Shown: positions 50,010-59,374 of the stretch, one piece after another
Layout of the letters: every line of letters starts with the position of its first letter
Numbering within the stretch: the first letter of the stretch is position 1
Assembly: GCA_965203175.1 (NCBI GenBank)
Contig: OZ241867.1
Span: forward strand, 3,968,001 to 4,032,000
Source of the DNA: Candidatus Latescibacterota bacterium
GTDB lineage: Bacteria > Latescibacterota > UBA2968 > UBA8231
Direction: 5' to 3'
Length of the DNA: 64,000 nt
Program-made: the position numbers and the translations under genes
The notes under the pieces: model-generated
Databases searched by the model: none
The model's input: only the letters and a program-made list of their open reading frames with translations
What the model was told of the DNA's origin: nothing

Positions 50010-50195
50010 ATTAATTGCAAACGTGTGGCGTGGTCAAGTTTCTTTTCATCAACCTTTCATTTGTGTGACCCGCTCATGTTAGGGTCCCCAAGCGGCTAAT
50101 TGTTGGCTGAGATAGTCGATGTATATTATGGCCGAAGCCTGACGGCGATGTAAGGAGTCACCCCGGCTAGACGAGAACACACCAGAGAGGATGGA

Positions 50196-51383
50196 TTGAC
50201 ACAAATGGAAAAACTATTGGCAGCTATCGACCGAGAATGGGTGGCTGAGCGGACCCGGGAATTGGTCGATATTTACAGCGTAACTATGGCCGAAGCCGAA
50301 GTGTGTCAGGCCTATGAAACCATGATGCGCGAGGTCGGCTTGGAGGTCGATGTGCGGGAAGTGACCCCTGGGCGCAACAACCTCTACGCGCGCATCGCGG
50401 GCCGAGGGGATGGCCCCGCGCTGATGCTCAATGGCCATCTCGACACCATTCCCGTGGGGTCCTGCCCGCCCGCCCGCCGCGAAGGCAACCGCGTGTACGG
50501 ACGGGGGGCGACCGACATGAAGGGGGGCATGGCCGCGGCGTTAGCCGCGGTCAAGGCGCTCTTGGAAAGCGGGGTAGAGTTGCAGGGCGACTTGTGGCTG
50601 ACGGCCATTGTGGGGCACGAGGAGGTCGAGGCGCAAAAGGACGGGCCGCTGGCGCTGATCGCCGATCACAACAGCGGCCGGATTGGCGGCGACCGGATCT
50701 TGATCGTCGAGGGCCGCGACGCGCTGTGGGTGATGAGCATGGGGTCCATGGTCTTTACCATTGCACTTGAATCGGACGCCGGCGGCAAGCACACCCAGTA
50801 CGTGCCCTTTGCGGAAAATCCGCTCCGCTTTGTGGGCGCGCTCATCGAACGGATCCACCAGTATCAACTCGAACTCGACGCAGGGCCAGCACACGCCTTG
50901 GCCGGTGCCGAGCAAATCGACTTAGGCATTGTCGCCGGGGGCGACTATTTCAATCGCACGCCGCTTTGCTGCACGCTGACGGGGACTCGACGTTGGCTGC
51001 CGGGGCGCACTGCGCCGCAGGTATTGGCGGAGTTGGAAGCCTTGGCGCAACCGTTGGCCGAGGCTGGGGGATTGGGCCTGCGGGTCGAGATGGAGCACGA
51101 GCGCGAGCCTTTTGAGACGCTCGCTGGCGATGCGGCCGTGCAAGCGGTGGGGCGGGCGCACGAGCAGATGACCGGCCAAGAGGCAGAGCTGGTGGGGATG
51201 CGGATTGTGGGGGATGCCAATTTATACGTGCACGGGACGGGGGTGCCGACTTTTTACTACGGTCCTTCGAACGAGACGGCACACGCGGATGTAGAGTGGG
51301 TAGAAGTGGATCGGCTGGAGCGGGCGGCGCAAGTGTACGCGCTGGCCGCAGCCGACTATTGCGGCGTCGCATCCCCGGATTAA
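50196..51383 (+). CDS. M20/ArgE-DapE family metallo-hydrolase
   Basis: NGHLDT, GRGATDMKGG, HEE, AHADVE.V. Confidence 0.9.
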   Translation: MTQMEKLLAAIDREWVAERTRELVDIYSVTMAEAEVCQAYETMMREVGLEVDVREVTPGRNNLYARIAGRGDGPALMLNGHLDTIPVGSCPPARREGNRVYGRGATDMKGGMAAALAAVKALLESGVELQGDLWLTAIVGHEEVEAQKDGPLALIADHNSGRIGGDRILIVEGRDALWVMSMGSMVFTIALESDAGGKHTQYVPFAENPLRFVGALIERIHQYQLELDAGPAHALAGAEQIDLGIVAGGDYFNRTPLCCTLTGTRRWLPGRTAPQVLAELEALAQPLAEAGGLGLRVEMEHEREPFETLAGDAAVQAVGRAHEQMTGQEAELVGMRIVGDANLYVHGTGVPTFYYGPSNETAHADVEWVEVDRLERAAQVYALAAADYCGVASPD

Positions 51384-51388
51384 ATGCC

Positions 51389-52567
51389 ATGGATATCCAA
51401 GCAATTCGCCGCGATTTCCCCGCGCTGGAGCAATACACTTGGTTCCAGAATGGGGGGGTGAGCATCACGCCGGTGCCGGTGGCTGCTGAGTACACGCGGT
51501 GGACGGAGGAGATAGTGCGGCGGGGGCCTTTACACATCGTCTATCCAGAGGAAGAGTATCCCCGGCGCAAGGCGGCGATGGAGCGGCTGGCGCGGTTTTT
51601 CGGCGTGGTGGCTGGAGAGTTGGCATTGATGCGGGGGGTCAGCGAGGGATTTCAGACGGTGGTGCGGGGGATGGAGTGGGCGGCTGGGGACGAGATTGTG
51701 ATCAGTGCGGATGAGGAGGCGGCGCTGCTTTTGCCGGCTCTGCACTTGCGGGATTTGTACGGGGTCGAGGTGGTGAAGGTGCCGCTGATTGACGACGACG
51801 ATGGGCAGGTGCAGGCCGTGGAGGAGCGGCTGGGGGAACGGACCAAGCTGATGGCCCTGAGCCATGTGACGACGGACTTGGGATTCCGCCTGCCAGTGGA
51901 GCGGATTTGCGCGGCAGCGCGGGCGCGGGGGGTGTGCAGCTTTTTGGACATGGCGCATTCGGCGGGGCTGTACCCTTTGGACTTGCACGCGCTGGGATGC
52001 GATTTTGCCGGGTTGCTCTCCTATAAGTGGATGTACGCGCCGTATGCTGCGGGGTTGCTCTACGCGCGGCAGGAGGCTCTCGACGCGGTACAGGTGCGCT
52101 ATGCCGGCGGACGGGCTGAACAGTGGTTGGACCCGGTGGCGGACACCTTCGCACTGCGCGAGACAGCCGAGCGCTTTCAGTACGGTCCTTGGTGCTGGCC
52201 GCTGGTGCTGGCTTGGGCCTTTGCCGTTGAGTACTTGTCGGCTATCGGGCTGGAGGCGATCTGGGCGCGGACGGTGGCGTTGGCTGGGCGGCTGAAAGAG
52301 GGGCTGGCGCAGATACCGGGTGCAGTGCTCTACACTCCGCGCTCCCCTGAGCGGTCTGCGGCGCTGGTCAGCTTCGGGCTGGAGGGATGGAAGGGAGAGG
52401 AATTGAGTCAGGCCCTTCGGGATGAGTGGAACATGGTCATCAAGCCGCTGCCGCACGGGCGCGAGGGCTTGCGCGCCAGCGTCACCTTTTTTCTACTGGA
52501 ATCTGAAATCGACGAATTGCTCGCAGCGCTGAACAGCTTGGCCAAGCAAAGGAGCAAGGCCCGTTGA
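51389..52567 (+). CDS. Class V PLP-dependent aminotransferase-fold enzyme
   Basis: IRRDFPAL, SHVT, DMAHSAG, SYKWM.AP, LRAS; start ATG 51389. Confidence 0.88.
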   Translation: MDIQAIRRDFPALEQYTWFQNGGVSITPVPVAAEYTRWTEEIVRRGPLHIVYPEEEYPRRKAAMERLARFFGVVAGELALMRGVSEGFQTVVRGMEWAAGDEIVISADEEAALLLPALHLRDLYGVEVVKVPLIDDDDGQVQAVEERLGERTKLMALSHVTTDLGFRLPVERICAAARARGVCSFLDMAHSAGLYPLDLHALGCDFAGLLSYKWMYAPYAAGLLYARQEALDAVQVRYAGGRAEQWLDPVADTFALRETAERFQYGPWCWPLVLAWAFAVEYLSAIGLEAIWARTVALAGRLKEGLAQIPGAVLYTPRSPERSAALVSFGLEGWKGEELSQALRDEWNMVIKPLPHGREGLRASVTFFLLESEIDELLAALNSLAKQRSKAR

Positions 52568-54828
52568 CCGCACAACAAACTGGACCAGCTACAGGTAGCC
52601 CCTCTGAATCTTCCCAAGTGGGGCACGGCTTTGGCACCGCGCCTGTTTTTCTCGCGTCAATCAGCACGATCCTCGGCGCGATCCTGTTCCTGCGCTTTGG
52701 ATACGCGGTTGCGCATGTCGGCCTTTGGGGCAGTCTCATGATCATCGTTATCGGGCATCTCGTGACCATTCCCACGGTCTTAGCGGTGTCTGAGATTGCC
52801 ACGAATCGCCGCGTGGCGGGGGGCGGAGCGTACTACATTATTAGCCGCTCTTTTGGCACCAGCATTGGCGGCTCGATCGGGATTGCACTGTACCTCTCCC
52901 AGGCGATCTCGGTTGCCTTCTACTTGGTCGCCTTCGCAGAAGCATTTGAGCCTGTTTACGAGTGGGTCGCTGCGACGTACGCAGTGGAAGCCGATCCGCG
53001 TTGGGTGAGCTTGCCTTGTACAGTCTTGCTGGCCGTATTGATGCTCATCAAAGGTGCCGGTCTCGGCGTTAGGGCACTGTGGCTCGTCAGCGTGATTTTG
53101 GGGGTGTCGATTGCCGCATTCCTCTTAGGGCAGGCTCCCGAGTCGATCCGTCCCGACGGGTTTCATCTGACCGCTCGCATCGAAGGTGGAGATGCTTTCA
53201 GCATCGTCTTCGCAACGTGCTTTCCTGCCTTTACAGGTATGATCGCGGGCTTGGGACTTTCCGGCGACCTTAAGAATCCCCAGAAAAGCATCCCGCTTGG
53301 CATAATCGGCGCGACGCTCGCGGGCATGGTCGTGTACGCGTTGGTCGCCATCAAGCTCGCCCAGAGCGCGACGCCAGAGGCCCTTGCTGCCGATCAGTTT
53401 GTCATGGCGCAGATCGCCCTGTGGGGGCCGGCAATCTACATGGGGTTGGGTGCTGCCGCTTTGTCATCTGCCCTTGGTTCGATCCTCGTCGCTCCCAGAA
53501 CCCTGCAAGCGCTAGCGCGCGACAACGTGCTGCCTGTTCCAAAACTGAATCGCCTGCTGGAGAAAGGCTGGGGCAGAGCACAGGAGCCGGTGCCTGCAAC
53601 CTGCGTGTCGAGTGCCATCGCCATCGCATTTGTTGCTTTGGGAGACATTGACTTTATCGCCCATATTCTCAGCATGTTCTTCATGGTGACTTATGGTGCC
53701 CTTTGCTCGGTATCATTCCTCGAATATTTCGCCGGCAATCCGTCGTACCGCCCCACCTTCCATTCGCGCTGGTACCTGTCGCTGTTGGGCGCAGTAATGT
53801 GCGGCCTGATGATGATCCAGATGAACGCGCTGTACGCATTTGTGGCGATCTCTCTCATGGTAGCGACTTACCTCGGGCTGCGACGCTCGCGGCGAGGAGA
53901 GCGCGGCCTGACGGCGATCTTACAAGGGACGATGTTCCAACTGACTCGTCGTCTGCAGATCACGCTGCAGAAGAACCGCGCGGTGAAATCGGAAGGGGGC
54001 TGGCGGCCCTCGATTATCGCGGTGACCCGTTTTGGGGAACGTCGGCTGGGGCACTTCGACCTGCTGCGCTGGATCAGCCATCGGCATGGGTTTGGGCACT
54101 TCATTCAGTTTTTTCAGGGAGAATACTCGTTCACTGAAGAAATCGAGGCCCGCATGCAGAAGGGGAGACTGATCGAGCGAGCCGAGGTCAGCGGGGCGGG
54201 CATTTTCGTGGATTCGCTGATTTGTCCTTCGTTCCAGATGGCGCTGGCGCAGACGCTCCAGATGCCAGGGATCTCGGGCTTGCCCAACAACTGCGTTCTG
54301 CTCGAGTTCGACAAAGAGCATCCAGAAGAGATCAAAGAGACCACGCAGGGCGCGCTCCTGGCAACGGAATCGATGATTAATGTCCTGATCCTGCGGTCGA
54401 CAAATTACCGTTTTGGCTATCGGTCCTCGATTCACTTGTGGGTGACTGAGGAGAATCTTGCAAACGCTCCGCTGATGCTGCTTTTGGCGTACATCATTGT
54501 AGGACACCGGGAGTGGCGACACGCCGAGATTCGGCTCTTCGCGTGCTTCAATTCCGGAGACGGAGGACGCGAAACGCAGAAGCTTTCCAGTTTGATGACC
54601 GAAGGACGATTGCCAATCTCTAAGCAGAATGTGACGTCGGTTCATTGTACGAGCAGTGAATCTCTCGAATTTGAGGTGTCTCTCCGATCCTCTAAGGCCG
54701 ATCTGGTCATCGCGGGCCTGGCCGATGACGACATCAAATCGGGCAAGGCAGAGCAAGCGCTCCAGTGCTACGACGGGGCAAACGACGTGTTGTTCGTCCA
54801 TGCGAGCGAGCCAGTTTTGATCGAGTAA
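52564..54828 (+). CDS. Cation-chloride cotransporter (SLC12/CCC)-like amino acid permease family protein
   Basis: STILGAILFLRFG, SEIATN..V.GGGAYYIISRSFG...GGSIG, FPAFTG..AG..LSGDL.NPQKSIP.G, WRP, cytoplasmic C-domain. Confidence 0.88.
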   Translation: MTAQQTGPATGSPSESSQVGHGFGTAPVFLASISTILGAILFLRFGYAVAHVGLWGSLMIIVIGHLVTIPTVLAVSEIATNRRVAGGGAYYIISRSFGTSIGGSIGIALYLSQAISVAFYLVAFAEAFEPVYEWVAATYAVEADPRWVSLPCTVLLAVLMLIKGAGLGVRALWLVSVILGVSIAAFLLGQAPESIRPDGFHLTARIEGGDAFSIVFATCFPAFTGMIAGLGLSGDLKNPQKSIPLGIIGATLAGMVVYALVAIKLAQSATPEALAADQFVMAQIALWGPAIYMGLGAAALSSALGSILVAPRTLQALARDNVLPVPKLNRLLEKGWGRAQEPVPATCVSSAIAIAFVALGDIDFIAHILSMFFMVTYGALCSVSFLEYFAGNPSYRPTFHSRWYLSLLGAVMCGLMMIQMNALYAFVAISLMVATYLGLRRSRRGERGLTAILQGTMFQLTRRLQITLQKNRAVKSEGGWRPSIIAVTRFGERRLGHFDLLRWISHRHGFGHFIQFFQGEYSFTEEIEARMQKGRLIERAEVSGAGIFVDSLICPSFQMALAQTLQMPGISGLPNNCVLLEFDKEHPEEIKETTQGALLATESMINVLILRSTNYRFGYRSSIHLWVTEENLANAPLMLLLAYIIVGHREWRHAEIRLFACFNSGDGGRETQKLSSLMTEGRLPISKQNVTSVHCTSSESLEFEVSLRSSKADLVIAGLADDDIKSGKAEQALQCYDGANDVLFVHASEPVLIE

Positions 54829-54869
54829 TCGGTCGCTTGGGTGCCACCCATCATCGAAGGAGTAGGGGT

Positions 54870-56282
54870 TTGAAAGGGCTGAGGAAGTCGTTCAAGGACA
54901 GCGTCGACCGAATGTTTGAGGCCGCCGCCACCGCGATGGAACTCGAGCCGGGACTCGCCGACCAGATCAGGACGTGCAACTCCGTGTTCCAGGTCAGCTT
55001 CCCCGTTCACATACGGGGCGAGTTTCGGGTTTTCACCGGCTGGCGCGCCGTCCACAGCGAGCACTTCCTGCCGGTAAAAGGCGGGATCCGCTATGCGCCA
55101 ATCGCCGACCAGGACGAGGTGGAGGCCCTGGCCGCCCTGATGACCTACAAGTGCGCCATCGTCGACGTCCCGTACGGAGGCTCTAAAGGAGCCCTACAGA
55201 TTGATCCGCGCGACTACGACGCCGCAGAGCTCGAACTGATCACTCGCAATTTCACGATGGAGCTGGCGAAGAAAGGCTACATCAGCCCCAGCCTCAACGT
55301 GCCGGCTCCCGATATGGGTACGGGCGCGCGCGAGATGGGATGGATCGCAGATGCCTACCGGACCCTGTATCCCAACGACATCAACGCCGTCGCCTGTGTC
55401 ACCGGCAAACCCGTGCACATGAGCGGAATCCGCGGCCGCAACGAGGCGACGGGGCGCGGGGTGCAATACGCCCTCAGAGAATTCTTCCGCCATCCCGAAG
55501 ATGTGCACAGGGCCGGGATGGATGGAGGCCTGGAGGGTAAGCGCGTAATCATCCAGGGCCTGGGCAACGTAGGGTACCACGCCGCGAAGTTTCTGTCCGA
55601 AGAGGATGGCACCAAGGTGGTAGCTGTTATTGAGCGCGAGGGGGCTGTAGTGTGTGAGGACGGGCTAGACATCGAGAAACTCGCCACCTATCGCCGCGAA
55701 AAGGGCGATGGCCAGGGATTTCGGGACTCCGAGTTCGTGGAGGACGGCAGCTTTTTGCTGGAAGCAGACTGCGACATCCTGATCCCCGCAGCCATCGAAG
55801 CGGTGATCACCGTTGAAAACGCCGAGCGCATCCAGGCGCGGCTGATCGCCGAGGCCGCCAACGGTCCGACCACTTTCGAGGCCGACGAAATCCTGCGCGA
55901 TCGCGGCAAGGTGGTGATTCCGGACGCTTATCTGAACGCAGGGGGTGTAATAGTCTCCTATTTCGAATGGATCAAGAACCTGTCCCACATCCGCTTTGGC
56001 CGCATGGACCGGCGCATCGACGAGCTGCGCGGACAGCGCATCGTCGAGGCGATCGAGACTGCGGTCGGCAAACCCTTGCCCGAAACCCAGCGACACGACC
56101 TGATGCGCGGAGCCGATGAGTTGGATCTGGTGCGATCTGGCCTAGACGACACCATGCGGCAGGCGTACAACGAGCTGCGCGAGGTGTTTTTGCGTCATGA
56201 CAAGGTGCATGACCTGCGCACTGCGGCGTACGTCGTGGCGATCGAGAAGATCGCGCAGAGCTACCGGGAAATGGTGTACTGA
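54870..56282 (+). CDS. Glutamate dehydrogenase (Glu/Leu/Phe/Val family)
   Basis: KGGIRY, MTYKCA..DVPYGGSKG, VPAPDMGT, TGKP, ATGRG, QGLGNVG, EAANGP, IPD.Y.NAGGV.VSYFEW; TTG start after AAGGAG. Confidence 0.95.
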   Translation: MKGLRKSFKDSVDRMFEAAATAMELEPGLADQIRTCNSVFQVSFPVHIRGEFRVFTGWRAVHSEHFLPVKGGIRYAPIADQDEVEALAALMTYKCAIVDVPYGGSKGALQIDPRDYDAAELELITRNFTMELAKKGYISPSLNVPAPDMGTGAREMGWIADAYRTLYPNDINAVACVTGKPVHMSGIRGRNEATGRGVQYALREFFRHPEDVHRAGMDGGLEGKRVIIQGLGNVGYHAAKFLSEEDGTKVVAVIEREGAVVCEDGLDIEKLATYRREKGDGQGFRDSEFVEDGSFLLEADCDILIPAAIEAVITVENAERIQARLIAEAANGPTTFEADEILRDRGKVVIPDAYLNAGGVIVSYFEWIKNLSHIRFGRMDRRIDELRGQRIVEAIETAVGKPLPETQRHDLMRGADELDLVRSGLDDTMRQAYNELREVFLRHDKVHDLRTAAYVVAIEKIAQSYREMVY

Positions 56283-56418
56283 TGGCGGCTGACGTGCAAC
56301 AGAGCAAGCCTCTGTCACACGGACGAGAGGGCTTGCGCACCACTCTCGCCTTTTTCTTACTTGAGGCCGCAATTGACCACCTACTCGCGGCGTTGGGCCG
56401 CTTGCAAAGGAGCTAAGC

Positions 56419-57495
56419 GTGAAAATCACCAAAGTAGAAACCATTCAGATAGAGACCCCGCGCTACTACGGCCACATCTCCGGGCACGTGCTGGTCAAGG
56501 TTTTTGTCGATGACGGCCCAGTCGGCTGGGGCGAAGCGTCCGACAGTCGCGCCGAGGATTTGGCGGCCATTGCCCGGCAGTACAACGAGCTGTTGGTGGG
56601 GCGGGACGCTGGGGCTATTACGGAGATCAACGAGCTGTTGCGCGGTCACGCCTTTCACAGCTCGGTGACCAATCTCCACCTCGCCTCGGCAATTGACTTG
56701 GCACTCTACGATCTCCACGGCAAGGCCCAAGGGGTGCCGGCGTACAGGCTTTTGGGCGGCAAGATGCGGGAGAAGCTCTATTGCTGTTATCCGATCTTTG
56801 GCTGGCAGGTAAAAGAGGACTTCGAGTGCACGCTGGGCTATCTTCAGCGGCTGCTCGACTTGGGCCACCACCTGTTTCGCTACTACGTGTCGGGTGATAG
56901 CGCGCTCGACGATCGCTTCTTAGACGAGGCCAAACGCCGCTTCGACGACCGGCTCAAGCTCAAGTCCATCGATTTTTCCGGGCGCTTCACCGATTGGGAG
57001 ACGGCCGTTCGCTACGCCGATGTCCTCCGCCACCACGCGCCCTATCACTTTGAGCAGCCCTCGCGCAGTCTGCGGGTCTCGGCCGAATTTGTGCGGCGCG
57101 TTGACCTGCCAGTAAGCTGGCACATCAACAGCCTAGAACTGGGCATGGAAGCCATTGAAAAAAGGGCCTGCACGGCCTTTAACGTCGCCTGCGTCTGCGG
57201 CGGCCCGACTCATATCCGCCGGCTTTTCGCTTTGGCGGAGGCGGCTGGGTTCCGCTGCTTGATCGGCACCGACCAAGAATCGACGCTGGGGGTTTCGGCG
57301 CAGGTCAGCGTTGGCATCGCCATGCCCAACACCAACTTGCCCTGCGACCCAATGGGGCCGGTGCTGTACACGGAGTCGCCGGCCGTGGAAAGGGTGCGGG
57401 CCGAGGGCAGCTACTTGTATCCGTTTGAAGGGCCGGGTTTGGGTGTGGAAATCGACGCGGACAAGCTGCGCGCAATAACCGTAGAGGAAGCGTGA
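56419..57495 (+). CDS. Mandelate racemase/muconate lactonizing enzyme family (enolase superfamily)
   Basis: GWGEA, SAIDLALYDL.GK..GVP.Y.LLGG, FEQP, GPGLGVEID. Confidence 0.88.
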   Translation: MKITKVETIQIETPRYYGHISGHVLVKVFVDDGPVGWGEASDSRAEDLAAIARQYNELLVGRDAGAITEINELLRGHAFHSSVTNLHLASAIDLALYDLHGKAQGVPAYRLLGGKMREKLYCCYPIFGWQVKEDFECTLGYLQRLLDLGHHLFRYYVSGDSALDDRFLDEAKRRFDDRLKLKSIDFSGRFTDWETAVRYADVLRHHAPYHFEQPSRSLRVSAEFVRRVDLPVSWHINSLELGMEAIEKRACTAFNVACVCGGPTHIRRLFALAEAAGFRCLIGTDQESTLGVSAQVSVGIAMPNTNLPCDPMGPVLYTESPAVERVRAEGSYLYPFEGPGLGVEIDADKLRAITVEEA

Positions 57496-57607
57496 TTGCT
57501 CCCAAGTCTAACGATTTGGCCGTCTTGCCGGTTTGACCTTTTGCCAGTTGTGACGCAGTATATATCCTTTCGACAATACTTGAGTTACACATAAACAGGA
57601 GCGAGTA

Positions 57608-58600
57608 ATGAGCGAAGCAAACCGCGCGACCTGGGCCGACAATTGGCTCGGGTACCGGGAGGAAATCAAGGTCGTCGATGTCACAATCCGTGATGGCGGC
57701 TTGATGAACGACCACCAGTTCACTGACGAGGTAGTCCGAGGCGTGTACGAGTCCTGCGTCGAGGCCGGGATTGACTACATGGAAATCGGCTATGTCAATT
57801 CGCAGGAGCAGTTTCCGCCCAGCGAGTTTGGGCCGTGGAAGCACTGCCGCGAAGAGGACATTCGCCGCATCGTCGGCGACAACAACACCTCGCTGAAGTT
57901 GGCTGCTATGGCCGACGCCGAAAAAAGCGATTACAAGACGGACATCCTGCCGGCGTCTGAGAGCGTGTTGGACATGATCCGCGTGGCCACCTATATCCAC
58001 CAGATGCCGCTGGCATTGGACATGGTCAAGGACGCCTCCGACAAGGGCTATGAGACGACCTTAAACTTAATGGCCGTTTCCACCGTGCCGGAGTCCGAAG
58101 TCAAGAGTGCGCTGGAGATGCTGGTGCACTCAGACGTGGGGGCTGTGTACGTGGTCGATAGCTTTGGCTCGCTCTACAGCGAGCAGATCCGCGCGCTGTG
58201 CAACATGTTTTTCGAATACTGCGAGGGCACCCAGATCGAGGTCGGGATCCACGCCCACAACAATCGGCAACTGGCCTTTGCCAATACCATCGAAGCCGTA
58301 GTGCTGGGGGCCAATTGCGCGGACGCGAGTTTCGCTGGCTTGGGTCGCGGCGCGGGCAATTGCCAGATGGAGCTTTTGTTGGGCTTTTTGCACAACCCGA
58401 AATTCCGCTTGCGCCCAGTGCTCAAGTGCATTGAGGAGCACGTTGAGCCGCTGCGCTCCAAGCTGCTGTGGGGCTACGATTATCCCTACATGATCACTGG
58501 CTTGCTCAACGAGCATCCACGAGCTGGCATGGCTTTCAACGTCTCTGAGGACCGGGGCAAGATCGTCCAGTTCTACGACCAGATGAAAGAGCAGGAGTGA
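57608..58600 (+). CDS. DRE-TIM (HMGL-like) aldolase catalytic domain protein
   Basis: D.TIRDGG, E.GY, VDSFGS, GIHAHNN.QLAFANT, GLGRGAGNC. Confidence 0.85.
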   Translation: MSEANRATWADNWLGYREEIKVVDVTIRDGGLMNDHQFTDEVVRGVYESCVEAGIDYMEIGYVNSQEQFPPSEFGPWKHCREEDIRRIVGDNNTSLKLAAMADAEKSDYKTDILPASESVLDMIRVATYIHQMPLALDMVKDASDKGYETTLNLMAVSTVPESEVKSALEMLVHSDVGAVYVVDSFGSLYSEQIRALCNMFFEYCEGTQIEVGIHAHNNRQLAFANTIEAVVLGANCADASFAGLGRGAGNCQMELLLGFLHNPKFRLRPVLKCIEEHVEPLRSKLLWGYDYPYMITGLLNEHPRAGMAFNVSEDRGKIVQFYDQMKEQE

Positions 58601-58606
58601 GTCTGT

Positions 58607-59209
58607 TCAATACCAGAGATAGCTGGCGTTGAAGGCGATGACCAAGCCCGTGACCTCGGCTTTGATCGCTTGGTCGCCGATCGCAGCCTCGGCGCTTGGC
58701 GCGCCCCAGCCGACGGTGCCTTTGACCATCCAGTTCTTGCGCACCTCGTAGCCTATACTGCCGGCCAGTCCGAGGCCATCGAGGACGTTGTCGCCTCCGT
58801 CGTCCCAGCGCGCGGTGCCGATGACGGCTTCGACGAAAGGCGATGGGGCGTGTTTCCTGAAGAAATAGGTCGCGCTAAAGCCGTCAATCTCAAAGCTGGT
58901 GTTGCCCTTGGCGACCGCTTTGCCGAGGAGCTTGGTCTCGTCGGCGTCGGTGTCGTTGCCCAAGTCCAAGACCCAGCCTAAGACAAGGTGGTCAGTGAGG
59001 CCATAGCCGAACTGGAGGGCCATCCCGAATGCCGAGTCGCTGTTCTTGTGCCGGGAAGGTTCACCGTCGATGAGCCACTCTTGCTCGATGGACTGATAGC
59101 TCGGCCCAAGGCCCAAACCGAACTGAAAGCCCTGGCGTCTTCCATCAAAGGCGTGGGCGGCGAGCGGCAGTGCTAGTAAGAGGGTGAGAAGAGGTAAGGC
59201 GCGTTGCAT
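58607..59209 (-). CDS. Outer-membrane beta-barrel protein
   Basis: Signal peptide (MQRALPLLTLLLALPLAAHA), amphipathic strands, terminal YLWY; RBS GGAG before ATG 59209. Confidence 0.7.
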   Translation of the reverse strand: MQRALPLLTLLLALPLAAHAFDGRRQGFQFGLGLGPSYQSIEQEWLIDGEPSRHKNSDSAFGMALQFGYGLTDHLVLGWVLDLGNDTDADETKLLGKAVAKGNTSFEIDGFSATYFFRKHAPSPFVEAVIGTARWDDGGDNVLDGLGLAGSIGYEVRKNWMVKGTVGWGAPSAEAAIGDQAIKAEVTGLVIAFNASYLWY

Positions 59210-59374
59210 AATGAAGCTCCATTCAGAAGTACGAGATTGGATAAGCAAAGAAGAGGGACTTAAATGGGCTGTCAAATTATCTAACACCGCTACCGGCGAT
59301 AAGTGCCACCCCGCAGCGGTGAGATAGCTCAAAGCGCGAGACTGCCGCATATACCGGAGCCGGAGTAAGAGTCT

